A stretch of DNA of 59,045 nucleotides, the filler included, from Sphacelaria rigidula (taxonomy: Eukaryota): assembly GCA_964200075.2 (NCBI GenBank). It is 8 parts of 8 records of this genome, joined end to end, with 100 filler letters (N's around TTAATTAATTAA, not from the genome) between each part and the next. Parts side by side here need not be neighbours in the genome. Positions count along the whole stretch, not along the records: positions 44,361 to 51,653 come from CAXNAA020015589.1; positions 51,754 to 59,045 come from CAXNAA020015590.1; 6 more parts are not named here. One strand, given 5' to 3'. The notes under the pieces are model-generated. The model worked only from the letters and a program-made list of their open reading frames with translations. It was not told where the DNA came from and ran no database searches. The translations under genes and the position numbers were made by a program. Shown here one piece after another: positions 48,958 to 59,045 of this stretch. The first letter of the stretch is position 1; each line of letters opens with the position of its first letter.

Positions 48958-49177
48958 CCGGTTGTAATGCGTGAGAGGACCGCGTGCTTAGAGGACCGCA
49001 TCGGAATTTGAACATCCCTATGGTTAGGGTTAGGGTCAGGGTTAGTGTTGGGGTTATGGTCAGGGGTGTGGTACCTCCAGGGACTGACCCGATTGGTTGA
49101 AAAAAAAAGTCGATCCTGACGTGTTTTGAACTACGGCGCGGTCCTCTAAGTACGCGGTCCTCTCACGCATTACACGG
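48958..49177. mobile_element. MITE with ~37-bp TIRs and an internal telomere-like (TTAGGG) tract
   Basis: TGTAATGCGTGAGAGGACCGCGTGCTTAGAGGACCGC ... GCGGTCCTCTAAGTACGCGGTCCTCTCACGCATTACA; internal ggttagggttagggtcagggttagtg. It splits the Copia RT. Confidence 0.85.
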
Positions 49178-50080
49178 TAGCTGTGTCCAATGTCTAGAAG
49201 CCAGGCGGCTTCTTGCAGAATACAGTCTCCTGTAGTTTCCCATTTAAACAGGCGGTATGGACGTCAAGCGCAATTATCGGCCCGTTTTTGGTGGCCGCTA
49301 TCGCTAACAAAACTCGTTGACTTTCAAGCCTGCAAACCGGTGCAAACGTACTTCCGCAATCAGCTCCGTGTCGTTGTGTCGATCCTTGTACTACAAGCCG
49401 AGCCTTGAACCTTCCGTCAGCATTAACCTCAAAAACCCATCGCGCTCCGATGACGTTGTTGTTAGGTGGAACCTCTCCGGCTGAAATGATATCAGCCACG
49501 CGATGATTTTCTATAGCTTTCAGCGCGCCCGTCATGGCTGCTTTCCACTTTAATGCAAACGGTGAGGAAGTTGCTTGTTCGAAAAAATTCGGAACTGGGA
49601 TGGATGCAGGTGGCACGACGTTTTCAATTCCAACCGTTCCGATATACTGCAAAGCGGTTGCTAACGCCATAGATGGATGTGGTGGATGTTCTGCAAACAG
49701 GGTCAGCTTCAGCAGTTCACGGGGTTGTGATGGTTAGTTGGAGAGAGTGGAGTGCGATCTACGCTGCAAGCAGAATCTGAGTGCGATCCACGCTGCAAGC
49801 AGAATGTGGTCGCCTTGGATGAGTAGAAGTATTGACTGCTGCCGAGATAGCCCCCCCTCAAACCGGCCAAAAACGTGCACGGAGGCGATGATCATAAATG
49901 CCGTTAGAGCTGATTTCGTGCTGCACAACGCGACTCATTTGGGCGTTTTAGATGATTTCGGACTGCTGTACGCCTCTCATGTGGGTGAAATTGCTGTAAA
50001 CGAGCCCAATTGTGGGATCGCAGCCGGTTTGTCGAACGTTCTCCGGTGCACTTTTTATGGAAGGGCTATCTCGGCATTCG

Positions 50081-50493
50081 ACAGACAATTCTATAAAATG
50101 AGGTTGTACGATCAAATGAGGCTCAAGCCCGAAACGGTGCTATCCCCACACTTTCAGCGTTGGTGCCTAAATACGTTTTTGTCGGCCTGATGCCCCTAGA
50201 TCACGTAGATACGTTTTCAGCACATTTTACCGACTCTGTGAGCTTACAGCGCTGTCCGAAACCGTCATTTTCCCTGATTTTTCAGGGAGGGTGATATCTG
50301 GGGAAACGACGGTTTCGGTCAGCGCTGTCACCTCACAGAGTCGGTGAAATGCGCTGAAGAAGTATCTAAGCGATCGACGAGCATAAGGTTGACAAAAAAC
50401 GCATTGGGCACATTCGCTGAAAATGTGGGGAAATCACTATCTTGGGCTTGAACCTCATTTCATCGTACAACCTCATTTAATAGGATTTTCTGT
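50081..50493. mobile_element. Palindromic (foldback) MITE, ~195-bp arms
   Basis: aaatgaggttgtacgatcaaatgaggctcaagccc... is mirrored by ...gggcttgaacctcatttcatcgtacaacctcattt; inner ccgactctgtgag/ctcacagagtcgg and ccgaaaccgtc/gacggtttcgg. Confidence 0.85.
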
Positions 50494-50816
50494 TACGAAG
50501 TGTCGGGGCTTTCCAGCTGCCTTATTCCGTTGAATATGTTGTCATTGGAGTCCAAATTGTAGTGTTGGATTTGTTCTTGGCGTTGCTGGGTATTACTTTC
50601 CCCCGAAGTGGTCGGAGTTTAACCTTGCCACTCCTTGATTGTAGCTCCGACAGCTTGTTCAATTAAGGTGATATCCAGGGAGCCGGATATTCTCCCCGAA
50701 TTGCGGTCGTGGAACGGTAAGATGGGCTATCGGAATCATATCTTACTAGCGCTCCGTCCCGTGCGTTTTTTTCTAATTTTCCCTGATGACGCCTCTTGAG
50801 CACAAACGCTCTCGAA

Positions 50817-51036
50817 CCGATTGTAATTCATGACAGGACCGCGTCTTTAGAGGACCGCGCCGTGGCTCGAAACACCTCACGATCGATGTTTTCCAAAACA
50901 ACTCGTGCCAGTCCCTGCAGGGACCCCGCCCCTGACCCCAATCCCAACGCTAACCCTAACCCTCACCCAAACCATAGAGATGTTCAAATTTCGATGCGGT
51001 CCTCTCAGCACGCAATCCTCTCACGCATTACACCGA
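50817..51036. mobile_element. Second, inverted copy of the telomere-repeat MITE
   Basis: tgtaattcatgacaggaccgcgtctttagaggaccgc ... ctaaccctaaccctcacccaaacc ... gcggtcctctcagcacgcaatcctctcacgcattaca; a diverged reverse complement of 48958-49177. Confidence 0.85.
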
Positions 51037-54000
51037 TGGTGCGAAGAAAAGATAGCTTCGCATACCTACAGTACATCTGGTAGTAGGGTGTTTCCTCGTT
51101 GATGTTCCTATGCGGTGGACGATTTATCCAAATATTGCAGTGGGAATAACCTCCCCCCAAAGGTACTCGGATAGACTCGCTTCATTTAAAATACAGGGGG
51201 TGACGTTAAAACAGTTCTTCCGTCGCGTTCAGATATGCCGTTTGTTTGTGGTGTATAAGGCGCAGTAAATTTTCGGCGTATTCCAGTTGTTCTGCAGTAC
51301 CGACGTAAGTAGTCCGCGATGTATTCACCCCCACGGTCTGGCCGGAGGCGATGCACTCGAAGTTCTAAGAGGATCACCACGTCTTGGATGTACTTGCAGA
51401 GTGTAGGAAGTGCCTCATTGTTTGTCTTGATGAAGTATACAACTTTCAGTCGGCTGTGGGGGTCGGTAAATTGGGTCATGTACCTGTATCCTCCTAGTGG
51501 AGTTGGTGTGATGGAGCCCGTAAGGTCAGTAGTTACCAGTTGAGGACGCTCTGTGACAGATCTAGAGTCGGATGCCTTGGGACAGGGTTGCCAGAAAAAT
51601 GAGAACGTATTTTGAAATGAGAATCAACCGCTCCCCGGGATTGTGTCCATTTTNNNNNNNNNNNNNNNNNNNNNNNNNNNNNNNNNNNNNNNNNNNNTTA
51701 ATTAATTAANNNNNNNNNNNNNNNNNNNNNNNNNNNNNNNNNNNNNNNNNNNNACGAAGCTCCGTGGGTTTTTCGTGCGTATCATTAGTGGAAATTAGAC
51801 GACGCCAACACCCGCCATCACCGAAACATCACGGTTTCGGGTATAATTCGACCCCCGTAGTAACCGTTTTAAAAATATGCTTTTTCTTGTTAGATTCCCG
51901 TGCCGATGACGGTTACGATGATTTGAAACATGTGGAGATTGGATGAAAAATGGGCTTGGAATTCGTAATTTCGATCTCGGAACAATTTGAAGGGCGCTGA
52001 TTGGCTGAGACATTTTTTCGTCCATGGCGTCACCGCTACGGCCTTGAACACAAATCCGACAGTGTCACCCTCTTCGTCTCTTCATTGCGGTCAGCATGAT
52101 ACTATATATGCGACTATTGGGTGCGTATTGCGGAGGGCATTCGCCGATGACACAATTTTGGGTGTTCACCTTGAAGCAGCCTGTATTGAAGACGTCATTG
52201 ACTGCTCGGACCTGTGCCGAACCCCTGTCGAACAGAACACACGCTCCATTCCAAGTGATTTAAGTCTAGTATGCAACAGTGGTAATGTTTGCATCGCATT
52301 TTCTCGAGACAGGAAGCAATCCGGTCTGTTGCACTTGACAGCCCCGCGCACACACACCATATCTATTCAGTGACGCGGCGGATTTGCTCAATACCCAACA
52401 GCGGATCCGACAAGCCCCAAAACGTTGAAGAAAAACGCGTTTTTTTGTACATTTTGGCAGTTTGCGAAGTACTGCGGGTTCCGCAGCACGCGTTACGGAA
52501 ATCCGCCGCGACACTGACTAGCTCTGGTGTGTGGGAAGCGTACGCATCAAACCGCAGTCCAATCCTCTGCGTCGTTGCCGAGAAATTTGCGTTGAAAGAG
52601 GAGCACAACAACATACTACAACAAGAGGGGCACAACAACAACACGAGCAGCAGCTTCTATCATCCTGTTCTTGTAACCCTGTGCACAGGTGTACAGCAAC
52701 GCCAGTCACAGGGTTGTTGTAGAGTGTACTATGGAAATAGGTGATTTCGTATGAGCGCCGTCGTCATTTCGAGTGACGCGTGTACGCGTGACTGATACTG
52801 ATTGGCTCATTTAGGTTGCACGTCTTCTGCATTCAACTGACTGTGTATTGGGTCGATACATTTTCCCTGTATAAAGTGCCCGAAATCGGGCCCCATTCAC
52901 GGGCATAACTGTAATTACAACCTCAAATTGTCCCGTCGTGCTATTCATGGATATGACCCCTTCATACACTGACAACGCCCTGTGATTACCAAACCTCTCC
53001 AGGCAGGAATCCCTGCTACTGTGTGTCTTCTCGGGGTCGTTGTGCAATGGGTAGGAGCCTAACATTAGCTGACCATTTATTGAAGGTGGCCTCTTTTGAC
53101 CTTCTCTCGGGTGATATGGGACCAATATCTGGGTAACTATGGATTGCTGGAGTCACTCCGGGTCATCTCATGATGTAATATTTTGTGTGTGCATTGAATC
53201 TTGATGAGAAACACGTCTCTCCCGTTACGGTTACACGCGGCGAATGCACTAATTAATCCAATGATCATCACAACCACGTGCTGTCTGTGTTGGGTGTCTT
53301 TCAACAGGCACCGTTCTATAACACAAGCTCGCGTGTGCCTCATTTCTAGCTACACCTCGATACCGGGGGCACCTACCTGCCACTTCCCGCTGTACAATAC
53401 GTTCGGCCCAGAAACTAACTGTAGAATGTCACAGTCACTTTTCGATAGGATGGTTCAGCGGCGATCGCTCATTGAAGTCTCTGTTCGATCAATTTTGGAT
53501 GGTAGCGTCTTCGTCTACGATAGATTTGACGTGTAACAGGGATTGGGGGCTCGATCGCAGAGAGAGAACCTGAGAGACGAACACCGCATACAAGGAATGT
53601 CGGAAGGCGGGAACGTCCGTAGATGTGGGCGGTTCATACACGAAACAAGCTACGAATTCCCACTTTTTTTGCGAAACACGACAACCGTGATGCCGTTTTG
53701 CGCGAGACTGGATTTGTTCATGTGGCCTCAATCTTGGTGGAAGATGACCCTTACGAGCTGCGTCCTGTTCTCAGTTCGCGGTGAGTTGTGCAGCAAGTCA
53801 ACGACACGTGTTCATGCAGGAGTCAGCGTTGACGTACGTAATATGTCACCGCTGAGACACCGATCGCCCCCGTAACGACCATGCACTAGGTCTTGAGTAC
53901 CTGAATGCCCACGTAATCTGGGACCCTAATCGTTGGGAAACTTCGCAACGATGAGATCCCGTGATCTCGGTCTTGAACGTTTGTTCAGCTTTCCCGCCTG

Positions 54001-54689
54001 TGAGGTTGATGTAGATGGTCGGGCTGAGGGTAAGTGAGCCATTAGACCACTTCTTCGGCCCAGATCGTCTCAGAATGAATGTCGGTCTCACTGGTTGCAA
54101 GTGCAGGACCTGCAACGAGGGTTATCACGGTGTTGGCATGGTACTATCACGATTATCGTGATGGCGGTGAAAGCATTTTGTGGTATATTACGGGACTCCC
54201 GTGAGGGTACCATGGCACTGATACCTTCGAAGATCCGGAGAGATTCGCCGTGAGCCCGGTATGTTTTAAACTCCTCATGCACACCCTTTTGTTCTGTGCC
54301 ATCATCTTCGTTTGCCGATGTGACGCAAAACCGCAACCATCGTTTATGTGTGCGCGCGTATATGATACCGTGCTCGCAGACACCATTTTTTCACCCCCTA
54401 CGTCCACTATCACCGAAAGCCCAACTCCGACCCCATATTTAAGCCAAATCATCGGACTGACTTCACTAACCCTCAACCCACACCCCTGAACCTCAAGCTT
54501 ACATTGCAAGGGTGTAAGCTAGGCCATACGCGTCGGTATGGTGCACGCCTACGCGTACATAGGGTGTACGTCTAGGCAATGTTCAAGGGGGGTTAGGGGG
54601 GGGGGGCGTGGGATATGTGCCAACATCTTTACGACACTGAAAAAATCGCACGCCCCTTCCATAGTAGCCTTGGGGCCATGACGATATCG

Positions 54690-55045
54690 TGGATGTGTGT
54701 GTTGCCGTCTCATGTATTCTGGACGCCGGTCTACACCTCTCGGTATATGCGGGAGCACCAGCCGGGGTCACACAAGAGGATGGTCAACGCAGAAGCTTTT
54801 TTGTTTATTTGTTTTTTGGTATCCCACCTTCCTCCTGCGGAGCTTGCCTTGTTTCATCGCGAGAGGGGTTCAGCAGCCCCTTTCCCTCGTCGACCGTCTA
54901 GTCGAATTATGTGTACCCACGACATAGTCGCTCTCCACTGTTGGGCATGGTGTGGGAAAAATTCCAGATCGCTCCGAGAACTGAACCCACGACCCAACCG
55001 TCAGAAGGTTTGAACGCTACCAACTGAGCCACCGGGGCGACCGGC
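54690..55045 (-). mobile_element. tRNA-derived SINE family A2
   Basis: The minus strand begins gccggtcgccccggTGGCTCAGTTGGtagcgttcaaaccttctgacggttgggtcgtgGGTTCAGTTCtcgg (A box, anticodon-like stem, degenerate B box), followed by a non-tRNA body. The 3' end is approximate. Confidence 0.7.
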
Positions 55046-55437
55046 TAATCGGATGTGCCACCGTATCACTATGGCACTACGACGGGAGTACAGTACTAAT
55101 AACCGATGGAAACGGCATGGAAATAACAAGAGGTTTCCATGAAGTTTCTATGTTGACAGCGTGGCACAGCGTAGCCATGGCGGCAGTCCTATGCTATCAC
55201 CATTTGGGCATCATGGCACTATAAATGTACTGCTATGCTACTCTGATGGTGTACTCATGAAGGCACCTTGAGTTAATTAGCTCACCATGATACTACCATG
55301 GGTAGGGCCTAAGGTTGTGTGCTAACAGGACCGCACCTTGATCGAGTAGCGGCATTGGGTGATACACAACGTTTACCCAGCGGTACCCAGCAGTATGGCA
55401 CGTCATTCGTTCCGGAACCACGGTGTTTTTCTGCCAG

Positions 55438-58400
55438 CCTGACACCATGCAAGAGCTGCAAGTCTATGCAAGTTCTTGGATAACGGTAGGCAAGAGAAGG
55501 ATCGAGTCATACAAGCACTACAGCATTTTCCGTCGGCTACGGTCTGTAACCATCCTACACGAAGTCGTGCGCTCTTGTGGAATACGTACTGCACGACCTG
55601 TACAGTTCTCCCTTCGGCTGGAGCGAAGTGCCCGGCACACACGAGAGGAGGTCGATGCGGTTCGCGCGTCACTCGAGACGAGCCCAAGCCTGGCAGAGAT
55701 TCAGGTGCATGTACTTTTTCGTGGCGTACTGTAGTGTGATATCTTTTTTCAACGTGCTGGGCAGACGTCAACCCTTCAAACACCGGAACTTATATATCAC
55801 TCGGAAGCAGCGTTCGAGGATGACCTCCAACCATCAGCCTTGACCCCGCAGTAACTGCGCCCGTTGTTCTTGCAGTACATTTTTCCCACGGGGAATCCTG
55901 GTAAACTTTGGTTTCTGAACAGATCGTGAGCCTCTGAGCGGCAACAGCGAATGGCCATACGCTGCTCTTGACCGTATAGTCGTCACTGTGAGACACGTAA
56001 GCCTGTGAACTTGTTTCGGGAGAAACCTCCGTCGGGGGTTTCCACTGCAACATCCTTTCCCGTTGCAATTCCACACACCGCCTGAGGGATTGACGCCAGC
56101 CGACTGAATTCTATTCGTCCACCTGTTTTTGCACCGCCCCACTATATCCGTGTCCGAACCAAGCACCCTCTTTGATTTTACTTCTACATACCGCTGCTGG
56201 AATCCACTCCGACCTACTCAAACAGCGCACGCACCATGTCTTGATACTGAAGTACCAATATTGCATGCCTTTTGAGCTGTTGTGCGCGAAATATTTCCAT
56301 TGTATGTATATATATACATATCTTCTTCCACGCCGACCTGTGTGCATGCCTGTTTCCCGTTCATATGCTGTGCCTATGTCCCGCCTACATCCTGCGTTTG
56401 CACGTCCACTTACTTGCATTCATTTTTTTTCCTCTCATTTTTCGACACCCGTCTTTCTTGGAAAAGGTCTGTGGTCTCCGGGGATTGACCCATCCTCCCC
56501 TCAATAGTTGCTTTTCATCTCGACATCATTCGTTGGACGAGCACTCCTGCAGCCGTCGGCTTCCATGAAATGGTACTTCTTCTACCTCAATTTATTGTGC
56601 TTTCGAAGCACGGCAGCCGAAAGAGAAAACCGCCGCCGCCTTACGAACGCTAAATTTGCTCGAGTTGATATTAACGGACTAGTTCCACCACCGTTGCACG
56701 ACGGCGACACACCGCAGCTAGGGCTTCCGTCCACGTCTTGAGCCAATTATTTACTCCTGCAAAAACCTGGCGTTCCTTTCCGACTTCCGTGTACTTCTTT
56801 CGCGCCGTTTCACGCCAACATGTGTTCCCTGATCAACCCCCTGCGTCAACAAGCAGACCTTGGTTGAGGAGGTTCGCAGCGCAGTAGAGGTCGCGATGAT
56901 GGACAAACGTCGTGCTTTGGAGGAAGACATGGACAAACTAAGGAAGGAGTCCCGGCAAGCCGCAGAATCGGCGCGTCAGGCTAGCGCCGGAAGTGCCTCA
57001 CTTTCGGATTTAGAGGTAAACGGTTGAGGAGGGGGGAGGGGCGTCATTTTCGCTCGCAATATGACCAGAAGGCGCAGATGACCCAACCAGGCGGCCAACG
57101 GGTCCACCCCATTCTCACCCGGAAGGCGCACGCATAACCCTAAAACCCTAGTCCTAACCCTTATCGCAACCCTGACCCTGGTCCTAACCCTGCTCGGAAC
57201 CCTAATGATTGTGCAGGCATTTTACCCGCGAGCGGAAGCGGCCTCTCGCTCGGATCTCGTTGATCTAGAGCGCCGGATGGCGAAGAAGTCTGACCGTGAA
57301 GCTATGGAAGTCAGCATTGCAGCAAAGGTGCGCATGATGGATGATGAGATGGATCATATCGCCGTTTTTTTCATGGGAGAACCAAGGTCTTGATCGGTGA
57401 AGATGTTTGAAGGTAGCTCACCTCGCTCGAGTGGTTGAGGTAACGTCGAGATAATGTTTTGTGCGGGTTGGCCTACAGGCGATGTTTTCACCTTTTTGTT
57501 TTTTTGGCTGTTGAGTTTTCACCTCCACTGTCATCCGCCACCGTTTGCAGTTGTCTCTCCGTGTAAAACTCGATTTTTTATGCTGCATGTTGACGATGGT
57601 TAGCGTTTTCCCGGCACACTTTTGCGGGTCAAACGACACTGTAACGATAGGTTCGGAAAATTCCAACGGCGACCACGTGCCCAATGCTGCACCCTCCGTA
57701 TCCCTGCGAGTCTTGCCCGCCCCCCTGACCTATCTTTGATGTACCCGTTTCAGTCGTGCTTGTTAAAGTGGGGATGTATTCATGATTTTGCACGCCGCCG
57801 TCGTAAGACAACCATCGACCTCGTATCCCTTCAAAGCCGGGACGGAGCACGCCGGGTTTTCGCCAAACCAGACTCGCAGTCACCACGTGCGAAACGCCGT
57901 GATGTGTTCGGCGAGTCGCACAACGGGTGATCTGCATCATCATGCTAAGATTTTTCTAACCGGAGAGTACCAACTATCTTTCATATGTGTGGGTGGCAGC
58001 CTCGAATGAGTTGGTCAATTTTCTTGTATCGCTACTTGCAGAGACAGCCACGGCTTATACACCCCCTCATGGGTGTCTCATCATTTAAACACTGCGTAGT
58101 ACGGCCATCCCCTTTTAGTGGAGTCTAGGCTCTCCACCCCGCACACTATGATTCAACTCCACCACCATAATGGTTACCGCAGAAAAGCGCAAGCGAAAAA
58201 GAAATGCAACCTGTTTGCTTAGCCTACGCAGTAAGTGGCGTGTTCCACAGCATCGTTGCCAACTCAAACCAAATCTGGGGGTTGGCTTGTCAGGGTGGGG
58301 GACGGGGGGAGGGGGGGCGTACTCGTTTGTTGCTTGCCTTAGTCGCTTGAACGTTGACCATGCATCCCTTTCGAGACGGGCACCGCTCCAAATCCTAATA

Positions 58401-58738
58401 GAGACACCTCCTGGGGGGGGGGGGAGGGTCTTTTTTAAAAATGTTTTTGACGAGACCGACGATCTTTCTGAGACGAAACGCAGGCTTATGAGCGCCTCTT
58501 GAGATATCTCATTTCGCCCGCCTCCATTCATCCTGGAACAGCATGCACCCTATCTGCTGTACCTTCCTTGCTTTGTTTCATGAACGCTCTCGCAAAGGTG
58601 TCTTGGCCCGATCTGGAGCGGTTGCTGAGGGAGAAGGCAGACGCTCAGACCCTTTCGGAACTCGATTCGAATTTCGCCTCGACCGCAGCCTTGCAACGGG
58701 TGGAGCTCAGATTGGCAACGGCTGCGAGCATGGAGGAG
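55438..58738 (+). CDS. Unknown coiled-coil protein, internal exons: (55438 or 55606)..55704, 56857..57015, 57217..57327, 58598..58738
   Basis: All phase-0 AG/GT-bounded open exons: ..RLERSARHTREEVDAVRASLETSPSLAEIQ|TLVEEVRSAVEVAMMDKRRALEEDMDKLRKESRQ..LSDLE|AFYPRAEAASRSDLVDLERRMAKKSDREAMEVSIAAK|VSWPDLERLLREKADAQTL..ASMEE. Helical, E/K/R/A/L-rich composition. Confidence 0.7.
57136..57206 (+). repeat. Degenerate interstitial telomere-like (CCCTAA)n tract in an intron
   Basis: taaccctaaaaccctagtcctaacccttatcgcaaccctgaccctggtcctaaccctgctcggaaccctaa. Confidence 0.75.
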
Positions 58739-59045
58739 GTGAGTCGCCACAGCAGCAGTCGAGCGTGTAGCTCGTTGTTGCACACTTGCTGTCGAGAAGC
58801 ACTTGGTACCCGCCTCTCGTCATGACGTGTAATTGACACGCTATCATCTGTTCTCTCGCCCGTGACACGCTTGCTGGCCTGCGTGACGGTAGGACAGTTT
58901 GTGGGTCGTCTTTCAAAATAGTGTCGGAGCGAACATGACCGGTGCGGGCGTCGGACGTATTCATGCATGGTGGACTATTGTAGTACAATGGGCAATATAC
59001 AAAAAAGGGTAGACCCTTATGTTTTTGGAGCAAAAAAGGGTGGCG

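Larger units (their letters stand above)
48390..51590 (-). mobile_element. Second Ty1/Copia remnant (integrase, linker, RT) interrupted by three MITEs
   Basis: Integrase LVTTDLTG..FTDPHSR..LRPDRGGEY..TAPYTPQTNGISER (51590-51186); RT VIGARWVF..RFKARLVVQG..TFAPVCR..LDVHTACLNG (49670-49194), then RALYGLRQSP..SDPCVY..LFVDDILL (48940-48734) and GPVSLILGVEVIRD. Confidence 0.9.

Noticed and set aside
51754..54500. Several 60-150 aa ORFs and isolated splice-like sites
   Set aside because: No consistent exon chain or recognisable protein motif could be built.
7395..58265. All family-B repeat copies lie on the + strand
   Set aside because: The copies come from only five independently oriented contigs; chance or assembler orientation explains it.

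Overview
This is eukaryotic, intron-rich genomic DNA, most likely from a brown alga (Phaeophyceae, Ectocarpus-like). That assignment is inferred from gene content and intron style, not proven. The window is not one locus. It is eight unrelated contigs of 7294, 7294, 7293, 7293, 7293, 7293, 7293 and 7292 bp, sorted by length and joined by artificial 100-bp spacers (N44-TTAATTAATTAA-N44). Contig 1 holds one three-exon repeat unit of a multi-WSC-domain protein with an Asp-rich linker. Its two ends overlap by 131 bp, and a 1.46-kb PIF/Harbinger-type foldback element sits in one intron. Contig 2 holds the 3' exons of UTP18, probably with a GC-AG intron, plus tRNA-derived SINEs. Contig 3 holds a degenerate DIRS-type retroelement (gag zinc knuckles, RT, RNase H, adenine-methyltransferase-like domain) whose ORF1 appears to be split by a spliceosomal intron. 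Contig 4 holds a decayed Ty3/Gypsy LTR element with a chromodomain-like integrase tail. Contig 5 holds the 3' exons of a Sen1/senataxin-like SF1 helicase. Contig 6 is mostly repeats plus an adhesin/Pmp-like repeat exon. Contig 7 holds two related, convergent Ty1/Copia remnants with nested MITEs, two of which carry telomere-like repeats. Contig 8 holds exons of an unknown coiled-coil protein. No CRISPR array, rRNA or intact tRNA was found. The best novelty candidates are the intron-bearing DIRS-like element, the exon-module tandem array of the WSC gene, and the telomere-repeat-bearing MITEs and intron.
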